A stretch of DNA of 64,000 nucleotides from Paraphysomonas bandaiensis (taxonomy: Eukaryota > Protista > Chrysophyceae): positions 1 through 64,000 of the forward strand of contig CBFFRP010000165.1 in the NCBI GenBank assembly GCA_965644295.1, given 5' to 3'. The position numbers and the translations under genes were made by a program. Below are positions 37,905 through 48,837 of the stretch, one piece after another; position 1 is the stretch's first letter; every line of letters starts with the position of its first letter. The notes beneath the pieces were generated by a model. That model did no database searches and was not told the DNA's origin. It was given only the letters and a program-made list of their open reading frames with translations.

Positions 37905-40140
37905 TCAACGATACTTTGCAAAGATGAACATCGCCAAAGATACTGTGGCTGAGAGACATATCAACCCATTGAATCGCATTCCACAAGAGGTATTTCTCTG
38001 AATCGATGTTTCGGGTGATAAATTTCCACCACCAGGCACTGTGCTATGGAAGGTAGCGAGGTCCTCGATAGAGAGGAAATCTAGGTAGGCCGTACGATGG
38101 GCCCCACGACGACCCATATCTTCCACCAAAACAGCATACACTGGAACTGAGTTCAGCATAAGGCTCACACGACCCTAGACACAATTTTACGAGGTCATAT
38201 TTTCACTCACTAGCAACGTAGAAGCTATTGTATTGTTTTTAAAAGTAGCCAACATCTCATAGTATTCTACAACTAACTAAGGCAATTTACTCAAAGTCAA
38301 CGCATGTTTACGCACCTTATCTTTAAAAGCACGCATAAAAGGACCATTAGGTTTGCGAATGAGGTCAATATTTTTTGGAGTCAGTCCACCAGTTATATAT
38401 AACCCTGACCATACCAATATCGTATCATAGAATGTTTAAGAACTTGAGTGTAATGAATATATAGAAAGAGCTACACAGCGTACGATGCAAAGTACCTCAT
38501 ACCTCCTTGTGGTAACCATCTCAGACCTGCGCAACCAGCTTCGGATCCATATGCCTGAGAAATAAATGAATTGTATCCAACTACGGTATTCATAAACTGG
38601 TAAGCTGTGGAGAGAAGTTGTGTTGATGACAATACATCACTACGTTTCAATTGTACATACCCCACACCTAACAAGTATAAAAATATTTATACGTGTCCCC
38701 ACGTAAAACACGATTCACGCACAAATTTACATAAGTACTATAGAACACGTTGAGGAGAACTAAGGTTCCTTACTCCGGCAAAAATATCCATAGTCAAGCG
38801 GCAGAGCTCACTACTTTGATTAGTGGCAATTACTTTTCCCTTCATATCGCCAGCTTTTAAAATCTAACGTGGCACGTAAATGTGGAAATTGACATCAAAA
38901 TGAAATAAATTCCACAGATGCGGATTCAAAGCACACATTCATACGTCCATTCTATATCAATTTGTTTGCTACCTCTTCGTGAACTTTGCGGTCAACTTTG
39001 TCGGGAATTTCCTCGGATAAAAACTCATATATCTACAGATGTCAATCCCAGTCAGATTAAACACATAACAATAGCAGGTAAAAAAATAAAACCAAGTGAC
39101 AAAATAAGTGTAAACACACAGTAACATGAACAATAATACTATGGGACACTACGTTATATAGTCCTGTGCCGGAAACCACACGCTCGACGGAAACACGATG
39201 CCTAGATTTAAACTTCTTAAGCAAATAACCCAAGAGTCGAATTTCCAGCTGTACACAGCAGTAAATACATGTACATGACAAGCGACACGGCTTTAGTTTC
39301 AAAACGTGCAGAATAGTATGTCAAGAATAAGTACGTATTCAATGATTATGGGATAAACTTATATGTGTGTCATACCTCACTTCGAGGAGCAAACTCTGTA
39401 TGTCCTCCTTCACTAGGATAGCACACATAATATCCTAAGCTACCAGGAGTCAAGTAGCACTCGCCCAGACCAGTTCCTGCCCCAATGCAGGCTATTGGAG
39501 CACCTTCACGCTTCGGAGCTCCCTGGTAGAATAACAATTTGTAAACGGTACGTCTTACGTTTCCACGTTTAAAGGCAATAATCGTAAAGTATATAGAGAA
39601 CAACACAGTAGTTCTGTCACATACCTGTAAAGTAACACATTCTGTGGCCTCATTTAAGGTTAACAGACCATATCCCACAGCAACAAAGTCGTTAATGAGT
39701 CGTACTTGCCGAATACCAAACACACGTGCAACCTCCTCTCCAACGATCTTCCAATCCTTCCTGTTCGTAAACTCAACTGTATTGTTATGCACAGGACCAG
39801 CAACTGCAAGACAAGCAGTGATTGGAGGCTTCATAATTCCAGACTCCTCAAAAAACTGTCTGAGAGCATCATGAAACGTGCGGTAGTCAGCATTCATGTA
39901 CTGTCTCTCATGTATCAGTTTCCCAGGTGCTCTATATGCCAAATGAGTCTCTTTGAATAGACTTATAGAGGTGTGTGTTGGTTACCGTCTTCCACTGACA
40001 AGCTCCGTGTGCTCTGAGGGGTTGATCTCATACAAATCAAAGCGTGAGTTGGTTCCGCCGATATCAGCTGCGAGTACAGTCTACAGACATCAGAGGAGGT
40101 TAGCAGGAGGGTGATAGAAGGGTATCTAACATACTTCCAT
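37905..40140 (-). CDS. glk: Glucokinase, bacterial Glk type; multi-exon
   Basis: ME/TVLAADIGGTNSRF; ACLAVAGPV; LINDFVAVGYG; IGAGTGLG; SEGGH; VSVERVVSGTGL; GGLYITGGLTPKN; FKDKGR; MGRRGA. Confidence 0.9.
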
Positions 40141-40276
40141 TGTTTGTATAGTGTGTATGTGTGTGGGTTCATATGATGGACAGCGAGGCGTGTGATGATA
40201 CGATGAGGATGAAGATGCGTCCAGTCGAAGATACAACTACAACGAGAATACCACATACTTTCTTATAATATCATGG

Positions 40277-41310
40277 TTTTCCTGAAAAACTATACATTTC
40301 TGAATATTATGTCCATAAAACCCGAGAATATAGGATCCAATAGAGTGCTGCTGATGAGTGAAGAGTAAAATGCTAAGAAAGTGTGTTGTGGATCTGATTC
40401 AAAAACGAACGGAGCGGATGGTGGCTGCTGTGTGTGTGTATCTGCAGAGGCGTCATACAATCCGCATGCGTCCATCTTCATAGCAGCAACACTCGTCAGA
40501 CCCTCACAACTCTGTGACCATCATGGACGCGTAAGTTATTTATAGTAACGCGTGCATACGCACCCCTCATACGAATAAAATGATGTCTTCTCTCAATGTC
40601 TCCCGCGAAACACGCATATCAAGCTATGGACGCCCTCATCAGTCCCTCCATCCCTCCATTCCAGGGGGACTTCTTCAGCTTTCAAGCTGATGATTTCTCC
40701 CTCGACTTCCTCATCGATGATATCGAGGACTGTGGTATTGGGAATCTCTTCACTGATTTTCCAGAGGACACAGTATCTTGTGTGGATGCCGGCCCTGTCC
40801 CTATGAATACACTCGCCCCTCATGCAGCTCCTCAAGTGGATACAGTGCGCGTTGTCGATAGAGCTCATGTTGTCGATGCAGTGCGTGTTGTTGATACTTC
40901 AAGCCCTCCTCCGATGAAGGAAAAGGTTGCTGTTTATGAAGAGGCTGCTAGGCCTGGTACGAATGGATTTACTGTTGCGACTGCCGCCGAAAGAAAATTG
41001 AAGATTCAGCGATATTTGGAGAAGCGTAAGCGCAGATCGTTTAAAAAGAGAATTGTATGCAAAGCCAGGAAAGAGGTTGCTCAGGGGCGTACTCGTGTCG
41101 GCGGCAGATTTACGAAATCCGCTTCACCAGGGTTTGTTTCTATTACTGAGATCCAACGATAACAAGGATATTACTTCATTGACTTCATTACTATCTGATT
41201 AACCGAATGAATTGAATTCTTACAAATTATCTTATTATTGACTTTCATCATAACATAATTGATATTTAAATAATATGACTCCGTATTAAATATATGAAAT
41301 TTGTTCAATC
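40277..41310. repeat. ~1.03-kb segment duplicated in inverted orientation at ~50170-51201
   Basis: Near-identical upstream region, CDS and 3' region. Confidence 0.93.
40596..41162 (+). CDS. CCT-motif protein, copy 1 (intronless)
   Basis: RKLKIQRYLEKRKRRSFKKRIVCKARKEVAQGRTRVGGRFTK; acidic/Phe-rich N-terminus resembling an activation domain. Confidence 0.88.
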   Translation: MSPAKHAYQAMDALISPSIPPFQGDFFSFQADDFSLDFLIDDIEDCGIGNLFTDFPEDTVSCVDAGPVPMNTLAPHAAPQVDTVRVVDRAHVVDAVRVVDTSSPPPMKEKVAVYEEAARPGTNGFTVATAAERKLKIQRYLEKRKRRSFKKRIVCKARKEVAQGRTRVGGRFTKSASPGFVSITEIQR

Positions 41311-41639
41311 CAACAGCGATACATATACAACAACCTAAAGATATTGTTGAGGAAAGAATAGCGCTTTTCTTTCTTCGTAATCTCCCTCTTTTGATTATTC
41401 AGTGTTAGGATTTGGTTGCCCTTGAGATGATGCAGCTGTTCTTGTAACTTCTCTTGTTCCTTTGCCTTTTCTCTTCCTCGTTATGGGCGAGGATTCAGGG
41501 GCTAGTAAGTCCACTATTCGAGGCATCATCTTATTATTCAACTTACTTAAAACTTAAATAGGTTGAAATATCCAGTCACACTAATTTTGGTAAACACCTA
41601 GTCAAAGTGATACTAATACCATTCACTACTAATAATTTA

Positions 41640-41845
41640 TATATATCTAATAAGTGTTACTAAGGGTTGCAAGCCTCGCTTAGTGATGTTTCTAGTGTGC
41701 TTTAATGTCAATATATCTAATAAGTGTTACTAAGTGTGAATAGAAGTAAGTGTCACTAAGTTACTAAGTGTCGAATGTTAGTTAATGTAAAAAAAGAACA
41801 AACTAAGAAATTACTAAGGAACAGATGGTTAAAAATATTACTAAG
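41640..41845. repeat. Cluster of TTACTAAG-type short repeats, including a 24-bp direct repeat ATATATCTAATAAGTGTTACTAAG
   Basis: Direct reading at 41641 and 41711 plus several scattered ACTAAG copies. Confidence 0.6.
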
Positions 41846-42101
41846 TAGAAACAAACGATGTAGGAAGAAGTGTTAAATCAGCCGACGGATATGAAGTGGT
41901 TTCAGTGAGCTGGTCATGATTCCGTGAATTCTCCAGTTCGGCTGTTCGAGCTGCCACATGCTGCTGCTCGTTTAAAATATCCTTTCTCTTGCGGCGAATA
42001 TTAGTAACGATTTGAATCAATTCATCCAGTGTATCTGGACAAGTAAGAGCATGCAATGTCTGATATAAGGGGTCAGGACTGCGGTCTTCCATGATCGAAT
42101 A

Positions 42102-42814
42102 TATCCACATAAGTGCACGCAGAGCACACAAAGGAGGCTTATCCACATAAGTGCACGCAGAGCACACAAAGGAGGCTTATCCACATAAGTGCACGCAGAG
42201 CACACAAAGGAGGCTTATCCACATAAGTGCACGCAGAGCACACAAAGGAGGCTTATCCACATAAGTGCACGCAGAGCACACAAAGGAGGCTTATCCACAT
42301 AAGTGCACGCAGAGCACACAAAGGAGGCTTATCCACATAAGTGCACGCAGAGCACACAAAGGAGGCTTATCCACATAAGTGCACGCAGAGCACACAAAGG
42401 AGGCTTATCCACATAAGTGCACGCAGAGCACACAAAGGAGGCTTATCCACATAAGTGCACGCAGAGCACACAAAGGAGGCTTATCCACATAAGTGCACGC
42501 AGAGCACACAAAGGAGGCTTATCCACATAAGTGCACGCAGAGCACACAAAGGAGGCTTATCCACATAAGTGCACGCAGAGCACACAAAGGAGGCTTATCC
42601 ACATAAGTGCACGCAGAGCACACAAAGGAGGCTTATCCACATAAGTGCACGCAGAGCACACAAAGGAGGCTTATCCACATAAGTGCACGCAGAGCACACA
42701 AAGGAGGCTTATCCACATAAGTGCACGCAGAGCACACAAAGGAGGCTTATCCACATAAGTGCACGCAGAGCACACAAAGGAGGCTTATCCACATAAGTGC
42801 ACGCAGAGCACACA
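42102..42814. repeat. Perfect 38-bp minisatellite, 18 full copies plus one partial
   Basis: Unit TATCCACATAAGTGCACGCAGAGCACACAAAGGAGGCT; starts 42102, 42140 ... 42786; no spacers and no variants seen. Confidence 0.98.
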
Positions 42815-43122
42815 GTCTTCACTTGCTGCATCTTATTCCACTTCACTCTCTGATCGTATGTGCTGCTGTATGTGCTGTGTGAGCAATAGAGAGATCTGAT
42901 TGGTGTACTCGGATTATACTGCTTTGTATACTGTATGGAATTCAGGCTGTATTATAGTGCTGGAAGATGGTGTGATTAAAACTGTATTTTTGACGTATTT
43001 GTGTGCGTATTCTTCTTTGTTTACACCAGGAATTCCCACGTATGAACAGAGTGTGGACAGGTACGTATCTACAGGTACCAGGTACCATGTATGTCTATAT
43101 ATAGAAGCAGCAATATATGCAT

Positions 43123-43180
43123 AAGCAATCACAGTAATCACAGCAATCACAGTGATCACAGCAATCACAGCAATCACAGT
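43123..43180. repeat. 9-bp tandem repeat (AGCAATCAC-like) x ~6 directly upstream of ORF 43186
   Basis: agcaatcac agtaatcac agcaatcac agtgatcac agcaatcac agcaatcac. Confidence 0.85.
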
Positions 43181-43185
43181 ATAGT

Positions 43186-43899
43186 ATGACAGAAAAGATT
43201 CCTATGAGTGAGGTGCTTTCAGTGATCACATCAATCAGAAAAGAACTGATTGAATGGGAACAAGTCACTCCATCAATAGATGCTTTGCGTAAAGTTCAGT
43301 TAAGATTAGCATCTATATACGACTCTATACAACCGTTCAGTGATGAACACAGCAGCAGTTTGAGAGAAGAGGTTACAGATTTGAGAAATCAAACACATAA
43401 ACTTGAATCAATGATTCATGAATTAAGCAAACGAGACACATCTGTAACGGTTCAAAAATCAATACGAATTCTTGAGCGAGACATATGCTTTGAAGCTACG
43501 AATAAGTCAAAGAGACTGTTTCGTAATGGTAATTTTAGTTTCTCAGAAATTAGAAAAAATGCTGATGCAGATGTGGTTCATCGCTTGGAATCGATTCTAA
43601 CTAGATTGGGTGTCGATGATTCTGTTCTAAATACCATGCATTACTTGAAGAACTGTGGAGATTATTCTGCTCACCATGGGCGATCACAACATGATTTTGA
43701 TGAATGGAAAAATTTACTTATGTCTGCTTTGGGCGAGGACGTTGAAGACGTAGAAGCTTCAGAGACAGAAGAATCCGGTGGTGTCATGCCACAGGTGGAT
43801 ACACTATTGAAGCTAATGCTACACTACCACCCTGACTTGATTTTTGCTGATCCTGTTGTAAAACCGTGCAAAAAACCAGTTCTCAAATATTCTATTTAA
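43186..43899 (+). CDS. Intronless 237-aa orphan protein, N-terminal coiled coil, possible HEPN-like motif
   Basis: Clean ATG-TAA ORF; heptad-like LREEVTDLRNQTHKLESMIHEL; LKNCGDYSAHH. Confidence 0.6.
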   Translation: MTEKIPMSEVLSVITSIRKELIEWEQVTPSIDALRKVQLRLASIYDSIQPFSDEHSSSLREEVTDLRNQTHKLESMIHELSKRDTSVTVQKSIRILERDICFEATNKSKRLFRNGNFSFSEIRKNADADVVHRLESILTRLGVDDSVLNTMHYLKNCGDYSAHHGRSQHDFDEWKNLLMSALGEDVEDVEASETEESGGVMPQVDTLLKLMLHYHPDLIFADPVVKPCKKPVLKYSI

Positions 43900-44449
43900 A
43901 CCTGAATACTTGCGTCAGTATGAAACTGCAATAACTTGGTGAATATTATTCATCAATGGTCCATTAATTCCAAAGTAGAAAATAGCGCCCATAATAGATA
44001 GTGCGGTGCTCCCTTAATTACTAATTTAGTTAAATAACAGACTACGAATTGTAACTACTTCTCGCTCTCCTCTGGCACACCAGGATCTTCTTGCAAGGCT
44101 TCACAGAGAGTAGAGAGTATATGCATCCCACAACATGCAATTGACTCGTAGGAATAGCAACAATTCAAGGTGATATGGACTCATGTTTTTACGCTCAGGT
44201 GTCATAGTCAACTTTCCATGACTGAAGAGCCTCTCAATCAACAACAATATGAGATTGTAGTCATGTCAAGCAAGCAAGCAGCGGTAGTTGAACTTATAGG
44301 TACCAAGTCGAGCTCTCCTGGCGACCTCGGCGCTGTCCAGAACACGCTGTACAAAATCAGTTCCGTGGCTACAGTGCGTTACTAAAAGACTACAATGCAC
44401 TTGGAAGTGTGACTATTTGCAAACGCCTTCAGACGATAAATAATCACTT

Positions 44450-47400
44450 ACATTATTTATGGCAACACAGAAGTAAAAAAACTAGTTCTACAGGGCGACT
44501 AAAGCATCAGGCTTCTCTCATACCAGACCCAGCACTCGGTCTGCAGCTCTTCAGCATTGAATAAGACTCTTAGCATCGCAACCCAGAGCCCCAGGGACAA
44601 GTACATCAGAGGCATGCCATGCATACCTCTACAGCCGCATCGAAGTCTTACACAGGCCTTGCATATGCTGGTCACCGGTAGGAAGCACATCCAGAGACCC
44701 CAATCCACATATGTGGGTACACATGCATCACTTTGTAGCCTCCACAAGACTGATAAGTGTCTAATGGAGCGTTATGCACAGCAAAGTCTTCTGCATGCCG
44801 TTTGCCGATCGCTGATGAAGCTCGTTGCCCTTAAGGTCCTGGACTAACATGCTGAAAGCAAAGCAACGAGAAGTTCATGTTTCCCGGGAGCATATATGGC
44901 CCCCCTATGCTTGCATGTGTCGCCATCAGTGATGGAGGCCGATGCGGTATCCAAATAGGCCGAAGCCGAGCCGCCCGGCCTGAAAGCTCAAGTCCGCCGG
45001 TCCCATCGGCCAGGCTGTCTCGGGCCGGTTATCGGCCGGCCTGTACACCAGGACAGTTCGAGATACATTATACAGTGGTATACAACTGTAGTCGACACAC
45101 ATTCATATGTCTAGATGTTGCACTTGCAGGTGGAGGGGTGTGTACATCGGCTGCCCTCCTGCTGCTCCTGCTGCTGCTCCTGCTGCTGTGCGGGCTCGTA
45201 CGGGCAGGTGTGCAATTGCAGTGCTCCGCAGCCCTTGTGTGCATGTGTGTGCATGTGACTGTTATTTGCATGTGGTCGCTCAGATTATTTGCATCTGCAT
45301 TCAATCACCACTCGATGTATGTATTTGCAACAAAGATACACATCGCAGCATGAAAGATCCGTCACGCTATTCATTATTATCTCTTGCAAAAGCATTCATT
45401 CACATCTCATCAAGAAATGGCTGCAATGATCGAGAAAGTTACGAACGGTACCTCTCCAGTCTCATCGGAGTTGGATGAGATCAATAAACTCTACGGCAAG
45501 CATCTCTTTAAGGGAGATATCTCCGCCCCTTATCTCGAGAGACATGGACTGGACAGAGACACTCTGAACTCCTCTGATTGGACGAAGAATGGAGAGACAG
45601 CTGATCTTGTTGCTGCTGCAGTGTTGGACTGGGCCCGTGATAATGGTGCATCTGTGTATTGCCACTGGTTTCAGCCTCTAGGTGCTAACAGTGTGCGACA
45701 TGGAAACTCCGCACAAGTTCAAATGAGAATGTTTAAGTTTGATCGCAATGGTAACCTTGAGTGGGATTTCTCCGGCAACGACCTTCTCTATGGCGAGACT
45801 GATGGTTCCTCATACCCCAATGGCGGTCTCCGTGCTACTCACCGCGCTGGAGGATATCTCATCATTGATCCGACATCACCGATATTTCTCCGTGGTGATA
45901 CTATTTTCATTCCTTCCTGTTTCATAACGTACAATGGACATGCTCTTGATGAGAAGACCCCACTTCTTCGATCTGTGGACGCAATGTCACGCGAAGGTGT
46001 GCGTTTACTTAAGCTTCTAGGTTACAACGTCAAGTCTCTTTGCTGCAACATCGGTCTGGAACAGGAGTTTTTCTTTGTTCCACGTGAGGCATATTTGAAG
46101 CGACCTGATCTTCAGATGACTGGGCGCACTATTCTCGGTCGCGCTGCTGCTAGGGGTCAGGAGATGAGTGACCACTATATGGCTCCCCCTGCTGCTACCT
46201 CTCCTCCTCTAGCGTGCATGAGAGAGATTCAGCGTCAAGCATATTTGATGGGCATTCCACTCGCTACCCGCCACCGAGAAGTTGCACCAGGTCAATATGA
46301 GTTTGCTCCTTACTTCGGTTTTGTGACTACTCAGATCGACCAAAACCTGATGCTGATGCAAGTAATGGAGGAGGTAGCCTCACAGTATGGCCTAGCATGT
46401 TTGCTTCAGGAGAAGCCATTCGAAGGCGTAAATGGATCCGGCAAGCATAACAACTGGTCCATTGGTACCGATGATGGAACGAATCTATTCAATGTGAAGC
46501 AGCTTGCCACTCGTTCTGGATCTACAGAGATTTTCCCGGTAGTGATGGCAGCTGTACTTTCTGCCGTTGATGAGTACGGTGATCTGATGCGTATGTCGAT
46601 CGCCCCTCCTGGCAATGACTTCCGCCTGGGTGCATGCGAGGCTCCTCCATCCATTATGTCGGTGTATTTGGGTGAAAGTATGACCAACTACATGTCTGGT
46701 TACAAGGATGGCGTGGATGCTCCATATGACCCCCGCCCCAAGCTCACTAGCCTAGGTGTTGAAGCCCTTCCGGACATTGTCCTTCCAGCTGAGGATCGCA
46801 ACAGAACCTCTCCCTTCCCATATGGCGGACACCGATTTGAGTTCCGCGCAGTTGGTTCATCTCAGAACGTCTCGATGGTTAACACCGTTCTAGGTGTAAT
46901 TTGTGCGAAGGCTTTCAAAACTTTTGCCGATAAGATTGAAGCCGGTGAATCCCCTCGTATTGTTGCCCAGAACGCTCTTCAAGAGCACTGGAAGATTGTG
47001 TTCAATGGCGATGGGTATGACAAAGACAACCAGAAGGAGCTTATTGAGAGAGGTTTGTGGCACTTTGACAGTGGAGTGGAGGCTATGAAGCGCCACCGTG
47101 ACGAGAAGAATATGGCCCTGTTCGAGGAGATGAAGGTGCTTTCCCGTGGAGAGTGTCTGGCTCGTAGCGAGGTGATGTTCGATCATTACACAGGGTTGGT
47201 TGAGATTGAGAAGAACTGCATGATTGACATGATAAACCAACATGTGATTCCCTCCGTGCGTGCAGCTGGTGTCGGTCCTCTGCAAGAATTAGAAGAGGCG
47301 GTGCGTACTTTGGAGAAGGCCTGGGATGCAGTCCACGCCATCTCAAATGCCGATGACCGTGCCTCAGCAGCTAGAACTCTGAGATTAGAGACAATGATTG

Positions 47401-47727
47401 ATGTAAGGAAGTTATGCTCCAAGGCTGAGGAGATATGCCCAGCTCACCTATGGACCCTAGCTACTTATAAGGAGCTTCTCTTTATTGACCAGCATTAAGA
47501 AGTGCCAGCACGTTAATGCTTTAACGAGTTTTATTTCTCTAGATTTTATGTGGCATGTTCTCAATTAATGTTTGCGACATGTTAGTTATAATTTGTTTGA
47601 TTAGTATTAGTATCTTCAACGGATATTTGAACTTCGACAATTCTTAAAATAACTTGTCGTTTTTATTTAAAGAGCTGTTTGAGTGCCCTACAATGAATAG
47701 TATTTATTCCTTGTCCTAGTATTCTTC
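44450..47727. repeat. GSIII duplication unit; inverted copies at ~52160-55392 and ~57590-60434
   Basis: Near-identical upstream, CDS and 3' sequences. Confidence 0.93.
45417..47498 (+). CDS. glnN: Glutamine synthetase type III, copy 1 (intronless; ATG 45417, the ORF track starts at an upstream TTG)
   Basis: YCHWFQPL, GETDGSSYPNGGLRATH, LDEKTPLLRS, GLEQEFF, GQEMSDHY, RHREVAPGQYE, EKPFEGVNGSGKHNNWS, RLGACEAPP, DRNRTSPFPYGGHRFEFRAVGSSQ, FNGDGY, WTLATYKELLF. Confidence 0.96.
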   Translation: MAAMIEKVTNGTSPVSSELDEINKLYGKHLFKGDISAPYLERHGLDRDTLNSSDWTKNGETADLVAAAVLDWARDNGASVYCHWFQPLGANSVRHGNSAQVQMRMFKFDRNGNLEWDFSGNDLLYGETDGSSYPNGGLRATHRAGGYLIIDPTSPIFLRGDTIFIPSCFITYNGHALDEKTPLLRSVDAMSREGVRLLKLLGYNVKSLCCNIGLEQEFFFVPREAYLKRPDLQMTGRTILGRAAARGQEMSDHYMAPPAATSPPLACMREIQRQAYLMGIPLATRHREVAPGQYEFAPYFGFVTTQIDQNLMLMQVMEEVASQYGLACLLQEKPFEGVNGSGKHNNWSIGTDDGTNLFNVKQLATRSGSTEIFPVVMAAVLSAVDEYGDLMRMSIAPPGNDFRLGACEAPPSIMSVYLGESMTNYMSGYKDGVDAPYDPRPKLTSLGVEALPDIVLPAEDRNRTSPFPYGGHRFEFRAVGSSQNVSMVNTVLGVICAKAFKTFADKIEAGESPRIVAQNALQEHWKIVFNGDGYDKDNQKELIERGLWHFDSGVEAMKRHRDEKNMALFEEMKVLSRGECLARSEVMFDHYTGLVEIEKNCMIDMINQHVIPSVRAAGVGPLQELEEAVRTLEKAWDAVHAISNADDRASAARTLRLETMIDVRKLCSKAEEICPAHLWTLATYKELLFIDQH

Positions 47728-47835
47728 GATGAGATAGATTAGACAAGTAAAACTGAAATGTATTGTCTTCATTGGAGAACTTATTGCTGTTGATCACATG
47801 TTAGCCTATCTTCTTACGTAACCACTAGGAGAAAC

Positions 47836-47913
47836 CAGGGCCTGGTAACCATTAATGGTAGTCCAGTTCCCGGCAATTATAATGGCATTACCATTAATGG
47901 TTACCAGGCCCTG
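47836..47913. mobile_element. 78-bp hAT-like MITE
   Basis: Perfect 25-bp TIR CAGGGCCTGGTAACCATTAATGGTA / TACCATTAATGGTTACCAGGCCCTG; 8-bp flanks GGAGAAAC / AGAGAAAC. Confidence 0.8.
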
Positions 47914-48186
47914 AGAGAAACATCTTCTTCACATTATTGCGGATTACATTGATGGAGGGAGCTGGGTTCGACATACCATCCAGCAACAGTAGAAAGCGAT
48001 CAACAATCTCAGAGACACCCAAATCACAATTACCAAGCCACAAGTTTGAGTTACACGGAGTTTTTATCATTTTTTATTTTTGTTCAATACATGCTGCTGG
48101 ACTAGAAGGATGGTCTCAGCTTAATATAAGGTAGTATATGTGAGTTATGGTGTTCAATGAAATATATCATGAACTGAATTAGAGAA

Positions 48187-48275
48187 AGTATCTGTTGAAG
48201 ATATGTGATCGTCATCAGTTATACTTCTAACTATTCAGTTATGCGTGATAGTTATGTTCTGCGTTATTATTCACC
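48187..48275. repeat. AT-rich dispersed repeat, related copy at ~57121-57230
   Basis: AGTATCTGTTGA..TGATCGTCAT...GTGATAGTTATGTTCTGC(G/A)TTATTATTCAC shared. Confidence 0.65.
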
Positions 48276-48837
48276 TGTACATTACCTACAACAAACCACA
48301 AATCTTATATTTACACTACGTACTTCGCTTACTCAAGGTCACATATATTATTACAACTCAGTAATTCTGATAAGCATCATCAATCCATGGAGTTTAAAGT
48401 AATAATATACAGTTAAGTTTTGCTATTTAAAAGAAAGTAATGATAATGGAAGAATACAGAAGTGGGTAACAGCATATTATGAGAACTAATGTTGTCATGA
48501 TGATAGTACCTATAGTAGTAAAATGAAATAACTAAGATCGTATAAAAATGATTGGTAGTTGAAACAATATGAATTTGGCAATACATACTTAATGATAAGT
48601 GATATTGATTATAATTTTCTAATTTAAATTTCAAGCATTATTGAGTGCATAATATTACGTTCAGTTAATGATAAGTCATCACTATTCTTATATATGTCAA
48701 AACTTGATATTTACAGTACGCAGTACGTAAATAGCTAAACGCTATGAGTGTAGTAAAACGTCTGCCTGAAGTACTATTCATTCTGTTAACAATATCTTTA
48801 GATTGTATATCGCTACTTAATACAAAATAATATTTCT

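Noticed and set aside
42102-42814. CRISPR array (38-bp repeats)
   Set aside because: Units are contiguous with no spacers, there are no cas genes, and the context is eukaryotic
44557-44847. 96-aa ORF conserved upstream of GS1 and GS2
   Set aside because: TTG start, no motif; conservation is explained by the recent duplication
45384-45416. N-terminal extension MQKHSFTSHQE on GSIII (all three copies)
   Set aside because: It begins at TTG; the first ATG in good context (AAGAAATGG) is 33 nt downstream
47955-47990. tRNA/SINE suggested by GGTTCGA
   Set aside because: No cloverleaf stems or A box could be built
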